Source of the DNA: Octopus sinensis
Lineage: Eukaryota
Direction: 5' to 3'
Length of the DNA: 64,000 nt
NCBI RefSeq assembly: GCF_006345805.1
Contig: NC_043016.1
Span: forward strand, 15,934,001-15,998,000
In this document: positions 13,249 through 24,454 of the stretch, in pieces
Layout: the number at the start of each line of letters is the position of its first letter
Position numbering within the stretch: the stretch's first letter is position 1
Program-made: the position numbers and the translations under genes
The notes under the pieces: model-generated
What the model was told of the DNA's origin: nothing
Databases searched by the model: none
The model's input: the letters and a program-made list of their open reading frames with translations, nothing else

Positions 13249-13642
13249 CATTGATTTTTCACAAGTTAGAGATTAAGATCTGCCCACTGATTTGCGAAAA
13301 ATCTCTTTAATCTTGTGAAAATCCAGCAGTTTTTTTGTATGGAATTTTCAAGTAAGTTCAATATTTTATTTCAAACACATTCAATATTTAAAATCTTATT
13401 TAGTTTGCTATGGCAGGAAAATTTAAGCACTCCACAATTAATGTAAGGAATCACACACACACACACTATACGAAACGTTTCCCCCTATATAATTTTCCTG
13501 AAATTATTTTATTCTTTCAAAATGGTTTTGTTGCTGTTTTTACATTTTTTTTTGTATATTTTTCTCTAATTATTCAAAATGAACTCCTCTCTTCTCTTTT
13601 TCACAAACATATAAATATTTGGCAACTATAAGCTTTTGTGAC

Positions 13643-13648
13643 TTTATT
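13643..13648 (-). terminator. Candidate PPP4R4 polyadenylation signal
   Basis: AATAAA on the minus strand about 1 kb after the stop, followed by U/GU-rich atatttatatgtttgtg. Other AATAAA copies exist (e.g. 14096-14101), so this is not unique. Confidence 0.25.
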
Positions 13649-14638
13649 TTAAATTAAGATTATTCCTGAGTTTAAAAAAAAATTGGGGGTTAAAAAAAAA
13701 AAATGAAGCTGTTTAGGGGTTGTTCTGCAATAATAATAATAATAATTATATTTAAGGTGTTATATAGACTAAAGATAGTGTTGGAATAGAAAGGGCTTTG
13801 AGGTAGTCTGCATCTGCGGCAAGTGTCAGCTAATTGACAAGGCATAAAGTGAGATGTACTATCAGTAACCTATGATGAAATATCATATTCTCTCTCTCTT
13901 TCTCTCATGATATTTCTTCCTCTCATGGTACACCAAAGTACCTCACTTTTGGCTGTAGACTAAAAAATTAAGTTTTGTTTCATTATCTAACAAATTTTAA
14001 TTTGTTAGAGTCAAAACTCAAATCAAACATTTTTATAAAACATGGCAGGGTTTTTTGTTTTTGGATTTTCATTTTTGAAATTTTTTTCTGCATTTTTTAT
14101 TCTTTATCTATCACAAACAAACCTTGAACAGGGAAGAATTCAGTAAGTTATTCCAAAATTCAATACAAAACACTTTGTTCAAATAAATAAAATGTTATCA
14201 CAAAAAAAGGGACAGTATTCTTGCATTTCAATTGAAACAATTATATTAAGTTCTTGAAAATATAATTAATAATAATTAATAATTCAACTTATAATAAATT
14301 TTGGCGTTTTTTTGAGACAAAAAAAAAAATAAACAGGAAAAGAATAAAAACAAAAAAACTCCAACCACATTAAGAAAATATCTCTGTAAATCTATTTTCA
14401 AGTCCAACAAAATATATTCTTAGACCACATAATCCTATGTCACTGGGATAGAACAAAAGTGGTCAAAATTTTAGCAGTACAAACTTTATAGCAGATTTAA
14501 GGCATCAGCTGTAAGTACCCTAGTAATGGTACAGTTCAATAGTCTCATAAGGGAGCAGCATCCTACTGGATGGAATCTCTTGCAGAGTTTAAAGCTAACA
14601 AATCTACAGCAAAGCTGATACAATTAGGACATTGGAGG

Positions 14639-14663
14639 TCATTTTGTGACAGAACTCTTTGGC
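14639..14663 (-). CDS. PPP4R4: PPP4R4 terminal coding exon (RPKSSVTK*)
   Basis: ctttttcttatttacag|G CCA AAG AGT TCT GTC ACA AAA TGA. Strong pyrimidine tract; AU-rich sequence consistent with a 3' UTR follows toward lower coordinates. Confidence 0.72.
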
Positions 14664-15319
14664 CTGTAAATAAGAAAAAGGGAAAAAAAAATTTATAACA
14701 AATTATTACAAGTAGGGAGAAATTTACAGACATACATATATTGCATTATTATATACATATATTGCATTATGTGACTCAATAAACATGCTGCATAACCAGT
14801 AGAAAAGACAGTAGAAAGTGCAATGTTATTTTATTATATGTATGTTATGTAGGCAAGTGCCATCATGTGGCCTCTGAAATATGTGCATGATGGATCAAAT
14901 TGCACTACATGTTGGGTGAGTTTTCTTTTAATTTTTCTTATGGTCTTGGGTCAACCCAAAGCCTTATCAGTGAAACTAAGAAGACAGAAACTAGTCAGGC
15001 ATCTGTCAGGTAAACCATAACTGTAAATCAAAAACGGAATCAGTCTCCAGGGCACATGTTTATGGAATATCCACTTACACTACAACTAAATGAATCAGTT
15101 GATTAGTTGATTAATCAACTGGAATACTGGTGGTCATTATAACCCATGTGAGACATTACATCACCACACACACACACACACACATACGTACATACACACA
15201 GAAGTGCAATTTATATATGACCAGTCCTGCCTTGTTAATAAGGTAAATTGGTGTGAAGCTTCACAGAAATGGTAAAACAATAATATTAAGGATCACAAGA
15301 AGACAGACTGAGCTCTTAC

Positions 15320-15362
15320 CTTTCTAGACTTTTGCTTAGATATCCTGTTCGGTTAACCAACC
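15320..15362 (-). CDS. PPP4R4: PPP4R4 penultimate exon
   Basis: tttatttcag|GG...GAAAG|gtaaga, 43 nt, phase 1 to 2. GLVNRTGYLSKSLE. Confidence 0.75.
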
Positions 15363-15751
15363 CTGAAATAAAGTAACAATTGCATGAAGAATCTCTAAAC
15401 TATTCTAAATAGTATCAATATAATTGTTTTCTTTCTACTATAAGGACAAGACCTGAAATTTTGGGAGAGAAAGTGGAGGGGGCAGAAGTCAGTTTCATTG
15501 ACCCCAGTACTAAATTGATACTTTATTTTTTTTTTGGCACGAAAGAATGAAAGGCAAAGTCAACTTTGGTGAAATTTGAACTCAGAATATAAAGCAGAAG
15601 CATTTTGCCTGGCATGTTAATGATTCTGCCTTCATATATAATTTGCTTTCAACAAGTAGTGAGAACTCTTTAGTCTTGCACAAAATCTTCAGTGCTGGTG
15701 TAATGATAAAAATATACCAAGAACATTTGGATTGTGAGGATTTGTTTAACC

Positions 15752-16726
15752 TGTAGCGTACGCTTGAGGGAAATTCCTCTCTCTCTGTTATATATACATA
15801 AATACGGACGTAGTAGATAACAGCTAGTTTCGGCCGCCCTTTTGGAACCTGTTGGTATTGGTGCAATTTGTCTCTTGCTCTATTGTGTGCCAATATGCAA
15901 CCCAACCAATCACAGCCTTCATATAAGGTCACGTGAGACAGTCTCTTCTAAACCTTCGGCGAGCCGACTGCACCCTATAAAACTAGCTTCACATTGAGTC
16001 AATGTCTTTCAGTTCCAGACCTTTTGAGGTTTAGCCACTGACCACACAGGACACAGCCAGTTCCAGCGACAACATAACCGCAGCCACATGGAGACTCATC
16101 AACTTTGTCCAGCAGCATTCAGGACCTCCATCTCTGTCGCCACCATTCGTCCTAACATCAACATCATCTCTCTACGTACACAGCATCAAGCAATGTACTC
16201 GCACAGGTTCCAACATGACACTGTTTGTGAATTACTTCACCATGGTTAGCAGCAAATACAACCTGTGAGAACTCCTGTACCAAGTGACCCAGGCAGCAGC
16301 ATTATAGCCACAACTTTGTACGCTACGTACCGCTCTGACTCTGCATTATCGCCACAACTTCTTGATACAGCATTTCATCTATTGTGTCCCTTGACTACGA
16401 ACTGGTATTTGTCATTCTTGTGTCTGAACATTCTTCTAACGTCATATTACAGACTCTTTCAATGCTCTGTACTTATCGCACACGCATACATCTGTGTTTG
16501 TACACACACACATTTTGTTCTCTTGACGGCCTGTCTATTATTATGCATATATGACGTACACACACGTTTACCTATCAATAAAATCTTCTCTTAAACATTC
16601 CACCCGGTTGTGTCTCTCTTTTCCTTCTGGCACACATATGCATTTATTCTTTTCATATTTATTGTATCAGCCATGTGATGTGCAAAGGAGCCATTCTCGT
16701 CACCTCACTTTGCACGGTCGTTTACA
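15752..16726 (+). mobile_element. Solo LTR (975 bp), antisense to PPP4R4
   Basis: TGTA...TACA termini with 4-bp AACC TSD (15748-15751, 16727-16730). CCAAT at 15906, CACGTG at 15930, TATAAAA at 15976 and AATAAA at 16577, in U3-R-U5 order. Confidence 0.85.
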
Positions 16727-17072
16727 AACCTTTTCATAACTATATTTTTTAATATCACTGAAGTTTAATTAACAACATCCTTAGCTGCCATTAATTACTA
16801 CATCCAGTAATGACTGCATTGTAGTTTAATTAATATAATAAAATGCTAATTATACATTGTAGTATAATTATCAATTTATGGTTAATTACATAGTAATTAA
16901 CATACTGCAGTAGATACCATGAGAGAAATATACAGATTGGCTTTTGGTACAAAACGCATTCTTGTTTACATTGCTAGTCATATAAATCCCAACCAGTTCC
17001 AGTGCCAAGACCATCAGACCATTTAATAATATAATATCATATATATATATATATATGCACACACATACACAC

Positions 17073-17400
17073 CTAGGGTATCCTCAAAAATGTACACACA
17101 CTTTAAAAGGTGATAGCTCAATTTTCATTTCTTTTTAGATTCAATCCATTAGAATTAATGAAGACGGTCAGAGTAAGCTTTTAACGAAAGAAATTTACCC
17201 ATAAGTGCTACTATAAGTTTGAAAACACAATCAAAGTGCACAGATAGACTAGGAGGGAGTTTGAAGCAGATCCACCTATACGACTTGCTAACTGTAGAAT
17301 TAGAGATAAGTTTGAAGCAGATGGAACTGTTCAGAATGCCACAAGAAACATTCTGCAGAAGAGACATACATGTAAATTTTGTTAACTTGAAATAAGAACT
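17073..17400 (+). mobile_element. Tc1/mariner (DUF4817-type HTH) 5' fragment
   Basis: agggtatcctcaaaaatgtacacacactt terminus, then KCYYKFENTIKVHR*TRREFEADPPIRL..RIRDKFEADGTVQN. Confidence 0.72.
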
Positions 17401-17604
17401 GCTTTGTCCTCATCATTGTCTGCTTTCCATGCTGGCATGAGTTGGATGATTTGATTGAAAACTGATAAGCTGGGAGGCTGCACCAGGTTCCAACCTGATT
17501 TGGCAAGGTTTCTATGGCTGGATGCCTTTCCTAATGCCAACCACTCCGAGTGTAGTGAGTGCTTTTTATGTGCCATTGGTATTGGTGGCATTGTCCTGAC
17601 ACCA

Positions 17605-18251
17605 GCATTGGCCATGACTTTGGTTTCACTTTGCTTGACAGGTCAACACAAGCACAGTGTATCGGCAAGGGTCTTGGTTATCTGTCACTGCCTCCGTGAG
17701 GCCCAATGCTCGAACGGTGCCCTTTATGTGCCACTGGCACAGATGTCAGTCAGACGGCACTGGCATTGGCCATGACTTTGGTTTCACTTTGCTTGACAGG
17801 TCAACACAAGCACAGTGTATCGGCAAGGGTCTTGGTTATCTGTCACTGCCTCCGTGAGGCCCAATGCTCGAACGGTGCCCTTTATGTGCCACTGGCACAG
17901 ATGTCAGTCAGACGGCACTGGCATTGGCCATGACTTTGGTTTCACTTTGCTTGACAGGTCAACACAAGCACAGTGTATCGGCAAGGGTCTTGGTTATCTG
18001 TCACTGCCTCCGTGAGGCCCAATGCTCGAACGGTGCCCTTTATGTGCCACTGGCACAGATGTCAGTCAGACGGCACTGGCATTGGCCATGACTTTGGTTT
18101 CACTTTGCTTGACAGGTCAACACAAGCACAGTGTATCGGCAAGGGTCTTGGTTATCTGTCACTGCCTCCGTGAGGCCCAATGCTCGAACGGTGCCCTTTA
18201 TGTGCCACTGGCACAGATGTCAGTCAGACGGCACTGGCATTGGCCATGACT
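17605..18251. repeat. 158-bp tandem array, 4 units plus 15 bp, inside a LINE 3' fragment
   Basis: Units start at 17605, 17763, 17921 and 18079, with a partial unit at 18237. The ORF track shows identical peptides at 158-bp spacing. Confidence 0.95.
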
Positions 18252-18630
18252 ACGATTTCTCTAGGTTTAACAGCAGATCGAAAAACAGGAGAAGCAACCA
18301 CACAATCAGCGAAACACAAAATGGATATTCCTCCTTAACCTTATCACACCATGTTCTCTGTGCAGTGGGAATATCCTCATCATTGTTTAACATCCATCTT
18401 CCATGCATAAACAAATGGTAACGAGCAACACACGTAGAAAAAGAAGTTGAAAAACAAAATATCAGACAACCGATCATGTCGTAGTAGGGTTTGTAGTCAA
18501 AGTGTGTCTCTGATGACACATTGTCCTCCATGGCTGTTATTTATTTGACAGAAACAAAAAAATGTTTCTATAATGAAACAAGCATGTGATAAACCCAGTA
18601 CATTGTGTTGTAAATAAGCAAGGTTTAGAC

Positions 18631-20625
18631 CAGTGTTTCCAAAACTTTGCGTGTCAAATTGCAATATCGCCCATCTATCGACCAAAAAATGCTCCATCAC
18701 CCACCTGTGTAAAAACCCCTGACACAGCCCCACCCAACACAAAATCCCCAAGGCCCCCCACCCCTGTATCATTTGACACACACACTATATCATAGACTTG
18801 TTACCCTGTAAGTGCCATTTGTACTAAATATGCTGACAGATTAACTTCTGGAAACTTGCGCCTTTCTTTTACACTGATTTTCATTTTCCCCAAATGAACC
18901 ATTGATCAGGACTACCGATGCAAAAATAATTAATGATTGTATTATAAAGGAAAAGAATAAAACATTTTAATGAGAACCATGTGTCTGGTGCGATGCAGCT
19001 AGTGCAGATACATTCAGTTTTAAACTTGTCAACTTTAGCCACAAGTCTTCTCGTTGTGTCACATCCAGTCCAATTCTTTAATGGGAAAGTAAAGTTCCAA
19101 CATGGTTAAAACCAGACTCAACCAGGTATGAGGTAGGGAAGGCAAGCAAAAATAATTTCAGATGTTTCCACAGATTGGGGTAGGAATTCAATATACTCTG
19201 ATGGTAGCACAAACCATCTTTACCATTATGGCGATATCGCATTGTGGCGTCATTGTCATTTTTAATTCTATCAATTCCTTCTGAACGTCATCCTCGCAAT
19301 CGACTGCATAGACTGCAAATGGATTGCTATACCAATTTGGAATATTCAACGCAATAACATCTTGGAATCGCTTTACCATGTTATCATGCAATGATTGTAA
19401 ATAGTTGTGATATGTAGTTAAATCCTCATCAACCAATTCATCTTTCAAAGAAACAAGTTGTGGAAATTGATGGAATTGACGTTTTGAAATGTCAGTCTTA
19501 TACAAAACCAATTACAAAATGAAGGTAGTGATAAATGGTTTACAATCAACGAGAGTTTTTCTGTTTCCATGTAATAACTTATTCAAATCATTTAATTTTG
19601 TAAATATATCAAAGAAAAAGATATCGCACCTTTCAGCCATCAATGATGTGGATAGTGGAGTATTTTAGATAAAACAGTTCAACAAAGCATAAATCACAGT
19701 TTCCTTTTGACAGCTGCCGCACTTCAGTACGGTATAAGAGTTTAGTATGGTCCTCATCATTTCTCAGACAGAGTTGATGGAAAATTCGATCAGACAAGGG
19801 ACTGGACTTCAATTTGTGAAAATGAATTTCTATAGATGGTATCAGAAAGGCAGTATGGTATTCTCAAAGAGAAGAAGTCAATAGAGCAGAGTCAGATGAC
19901 ACATCTTTACTGGAGCAAATACGGATCTAGTTTGTTTGGCTGCCAGCTTTTCAAAAATTAAAGTTTATTGAAAATTTTAGAATTTGGCACATTAATATTC
20001 CTTTCCAAGATAAAATGCTGGAGTTATTCAACTTTTTCTTGAAAAATGTTTTTAAAAAGTTAAAGAGGTTTAAAGTTTGATCATTTTCACCCAGCCAAGA
20101 AACACGATTTCAAAGCTGTCATTTTGTGTGTGACTGCACATTTTGTCAACATCCTGAAAATAGCACTTGCGTTTTGATATGAAACCACAAAATTACATAT
20201 GACATTTAACCCCTCATAACTTTTTAACTTTACAGAATTTTCAGAAAACTTTTGCAAATTTGCATTCTATATGCAGGACTTCATATGATTATGCAAAAAA
20301 AACAAAAAAAACTGTAGTGGAGTGTGATTTAAGGCCTAGGCCTATTTGGCTGCTATCTTTAGCATGCATGACAACCATTTCAATGACTGTGACAAAAATA
20401 TTCGATCGATAAACAAGTTTGCTTTTTTAATACAAATTGATAAAAGTGCATCCTTATTCTAGGCATCCCTAGATATCAGTAAATGCAGACTCAATTTCTA
20501 AAAAATTCATTGTCACCCACAAAATGTTCATATCGCCTGCCAAAATCTCAAATCACCCACCATTTTCTAGAAATTCACCCATCGCCCACCTGTAAGTTGA
20601 AATCGCTCACTTTGAGAAGCTAATG
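18631..20625 (-). mobile_element. hAT (Buster/Charlie-like) DNA transposon, decayed
   Basis: 8-bp TSD gtttagac/gtctagac (NTCTAGAN-type). Imperfect CAGTG-type TIRs and atcgccc subterminal repeats. Transposase remnant VLYKTDISKRQFHQFP..L...RFQDV..LNIPNW..NPF..VQKELIEL at 19188-19511, plus a TEVR.LSKG-like motif upstream. Confidence 0.85.
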
Positions 20626-21206
20626 GTCTAGACTGTTTGCAGCTGAGGAAATTATTGATGATGTTTATTCTTCAGATGAAGAATTTAATTTTACACAGAC
20701 AATGAGAGTGATGCAGACAAACTGGCAGAAGCGATGAGACAAGTAGCAATTCAGAAGAACAAACATGGCAGCTGAAAGGAAACAGGCCTAATTCTCCAGA
20801 ATGCTTTTCATGATTCTGTCCTATAGTTTACCTGCAATCATTACACCTGAGATATGTATGCAACTATTTAGGTTTATGCTCAGGAGCCCAGGTGGAAGGA
20901 AAAGTTAGACACAAGTGCCCACAACAATTCCTTAAATAACGTTTTGATGTAAATACTACAAATCACTTTATATGTGTGTGTGTGTGTGTGTGTGTATTCT
21001 TTTACTGGTTTCAGTCATTTGACTGTGGCCATGCTGGAGCACCACTTTCAAGGGTTTTAGTCAAAGAAATCAATCTCAGGACTTATTCTTTGTAAGCCTA
21101 ATACTTATTCTATCAGTCTCTTTTGCCAAACTGCTAAGTTACGGGGACATAAATACACCAGCATTGGGTGTCAAGCAATGGTGGGGATGGACACACACAC
21201 ACACAC

Positions 21207-21890
21207 CATCATCATCATTTAACATCCACTTTCCATGTTGGCATGGGTTGGACGATTTGACTGGGGACTGGTGAACTGAGAATGTAGTGGGTGCTTTTAT
21301 GTGCCGCCAGCACAAGGGCCAGTCAGGCGGTACTGGCAACGGCCATGCTCAAATGGTGTTTTTAATGTGCCACCTGCACAGGGGCCAGTCCAGTGGTACG
21401 GGTAATGACCTTGCTTGAATATTATTTCATGTGCCAGTAAGGTGACGCTGGCAACGATCACGTTCGGATGGTGCTCTTAGCACTCCACTAACACGGATGC
21501 CAGTCATTGAATTTGACTTCGATTTCGATTTCACTTGCCTCAACAGGTCTTTGCAAGCAGAGTTTAGTGTCCAATGAAGGAAAGGTATGCATAAGTGGAC
21601 TGGTTACACCCCTGGCATAGGCCACGAGGTTATGGCCTCACTTGGCTTGCTGAGTGTTCTCAAGCACAGCATATTTCAAAAGGTTTCAGTCACTAGTCGT
21701 TGCCTCAGCGAGGCCTAATGTTTGAAGGTCATGCTTCACCACCTCATCCCAGGTCTTCCTGGGTCTACCTCTTCCACAGATTCCCTTAACTGCTAGGGTG
21801 TGGCACTTTTTCACACAGCTATCTTTATCCATTCTTGCTGCAAGACCAAACCAGCGCAGTCGTCTCTCTTGCACACCACATCTGATGCTT
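21207..21890 (-). mobile_element. 3' fragment of the same RTE LINE inserted in a family-B SINE
   Basis: RRLRWFG..RMD..CVKKC...RGRPRKTWDEVVKHDL at 21686-21895, followed by the 3' UTR and a (cat)n tail. Confidence 0.85.
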
Positions 21891-22031
21891 CGCACACGAT
21901 GGGCTTCTTTCAGTTTTCATCTACCAAATCCACTCACTGGGCTATACATATATACACATACATATACATATACACACACAGACACATTCTTGGTTAGCCT
22001 GTGTGGAGAGAGAGATGTAAATTAAGCATAC

Positions 22032-22201
22032 CATGATCTGATGAATTATCTGTTGTTGTTGTTGTTGTTGTTGTCGTCGTCGAGGTTGTTGTTGCTGTTG
22101 TTGTTGTAGAATTGGTGGTTGCCGTAGAAGCAGCTGTGGTGGTGGTGGTGGTGGTAGTGGTGGTGGCGGTGGTGGTTGTGCTGTTGTTGTTCTTGCGATT
22201 A
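22032..22201 (-). CDS. PPP4R4: PPP4R4 poly-threonine exon
   Basis: ttattttcag|T...CATG|gtatgc, 170 nt, phase 2 to 1. NRKNNNSTTTTATTTTTTTTTTAASTATTNSTTTTATTTSTTTTTTTTTTDNSSDH. Phases fit both neighbouring exons. Confidence 0.75.
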
Positions 22202-22782
22202 CTGAAAATAATGTTTACAGAAAATAAATTATAAATTTATAACAGCAAAAAGAAATTTCAGCCCCAGTTGGAGCATTCCTCAATATTTGGCTAAGATAGT
22301 AACATTTTGTTTTATGGTAGAATGGTTTTGGACATTTATTCCTTCCAGTAGTTTTGTTCCATTTAGAAAACTACAGCTACAGTTTATTTAACAAATTACA
22401 TTTTTAAAATTGTAATTTTAATTTATGGAGGGATAAAATGTTCATTGAAAATATTGATGAAAGTAATAAAAAATATGTAGTAATTATTAGATATTAATGA
22501 TTTATAATTCTGATTCCAAGGATCTAAACTTTGAAGGATTTTAGTTCTGATGGCAAGTCCAAAACTGAAAAACTAAAGTTCAACTTTTGCTCCTTCTAAA
22601 AATAGAAAAAAACCCAGAAGATTGTAATTTGTGTTTGATAAAGATTAATTGAAATTTTTAGATTAGTGATATACACACTCTTCATACAACATAAATGGAA
22701 ACTTCTAAATTTACTGAAATTTTATCAAAGTAATGCTTTTTAGCCTGATTGAAATAGATATTTCATTCAAAATTTGACTTAC

Positions 22783-22840
22783 TTATTGGAACTAGTTGGT
22801 TTAATTCCTGATTTTGCTGGTTTCTGAACTCCAGCTGTAG
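22783..22840 (-). CDS. PPP4R4: PPP4R4 C-terminal tail exon (tandem acceptors 22840/22834)
   Basis: ttttcaag|CTACAG|CTGG...AATAA|gtaagt, 58 or 52 nt, phase 1 to 2. ATAGVQKPAKSGIKPTSSN. Confidence 0.78.
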
Positions 22841-23224
22841 CTTGAAAATAATAAATGAAAATAAGATAAGAAATAATTTAGGAAAATAATGGAGAAAGTT
22901 TTAAATTGTGAACATGGTTAAACATCAATGTTGTATGAGCTTTCTACATGGTTTAGGAGTTTCATTTAATCTTGTGATACATGTTCACATGGAGGAAACA
23001 TCTCACCTCTCCATGCAGAAAATATGTCACTTCTTCAGCATGAATGTCATAGTTCCTTCAGCTCACATGTAGGACACGTTCCTTTCTACATGTGTAAATG
23101 CACCATATTCTGGCAATACAGAACGGGTGAAACCTTTCACAATGTTTCTATATTGAGACATTGAGAAAACAGAAGTAACAACATTGAATAATTAATTGAA
23201 AACTGAATATAAATGGATGATGAT

Positions 23225-23630
23225 TGGTTGTTATTGGCGTCCTTTTGTCTCGGGAGACAATGGAGTTGCGCATAAGCTAATCCAGTCTGGTTTTTACATT
23301 TCATATCCTCTCCAGGTTTGCGCAGGCCTAGGCTAGATGTAAGAAAATCCTGGATAGCCCAATCGTCAGGATTCCTCTCTCGACCTTGCTGACATAGTCC
23401 AAAGGAGTGCAGAGCATTACATTTGGCACCAGCTTAGTTGCAGGAGCTGCCGGAAGAGTGTCGAGTCAAACACCAAACCGCCTACGGGGCTCCACTCCGG
23501 ATTTCTTTGAAGGTTATCTCCTTTCCATAACCCTGGATAGGGGCCCATACCAAGTACTGTCAGCCGGAACCAGCTGAGCCCAGGACTTGTGTCAGGTAGG
23601 GTCGTCACTCTCTGAAGTAGTGAAGAAAAT
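23225..23630 (-). mobile_element. GC-richer non-LTR retroelement 3' region of a distinct family
   Basis: The minus strand ends ...ctccattgtctcccgagacaaaaggacgccaataacaacc with a (CAA)-like tail. The motif tcctgcaactaagctggtgccaaatgtaatgctctgc resembles RTE 3' UTRs as I recall them (unverified). Confidence 0.5.
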
Positions 23631-24423
23631 CACTTTCCACTACCTAAATGGTGATTGGTAAAGTAGATATATAATGTGAACCAGTGGTGGTGGTGGTGTT
23701 GCAGGCAGAAATACTACTGTTTGACTACCATCCATTCTACCATGCTAGTATTGGTTGAATTGGGATTTGAGACAGGATTTTACAGCTGGATGTTGTTCAT
23801 GGTGATAATGTTGGTAGAATATTAATTATAAGCACATGATCACAACATTTGTGGTCGAGGGAAAGGGAATGGAAAAAGTATAGTTAGAAAGAAATCAACT
23901 AACTGGCTCTTTACCTCAAAAATAGGAAAGCCAATGTTGACTTTCTTGGGATTTGAAACCAAAACAGAAAGCTATGCAACAAAATACTACAAAGGAAAGT
24001 ATTGTTGCACAGAAATACTTACTGGGAATATGTGATACAGTAATAGGTGAGGGTGGTCGAACTGGTGTGGATACTCGAGGAATACGCGTGTTGTTACATA
24101 AACGAGATTCAGCCGATTTACCATCTAAAAACAAATTGGCTCTCATTAAAAATACTTCATAAACACATACCAAACGATAACTGTAAATTCATATATATTT
24201 TACAAAAGCAATAATTGTGAACATAAATTATTCCTTTTTTTGTTTCAGTCATTTAACTGTGGCTATGCTGGAGCACCACTTTTAGTCGAACAAATCAACC
24301 CCAGGACTTATTCTTTGTAAGGCTAGTACTTATTCTATCCATCTCTTTTGCCAAACTGCTAAGTTATGGGGATGTAAACACACCAACATCAGTTATCAAG
24401 CGATAGTGGGGGGACAAACACAA

Positions 24424-24454
<31 letters not shown>

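Noticed and set aside
17605-18251. Regular array as a CRISPR-like locus
   Set aside because: Units are contiguous and identical with no unique spacers, they derive from a LINE end, and the context is eukaryotic with no cas genes.
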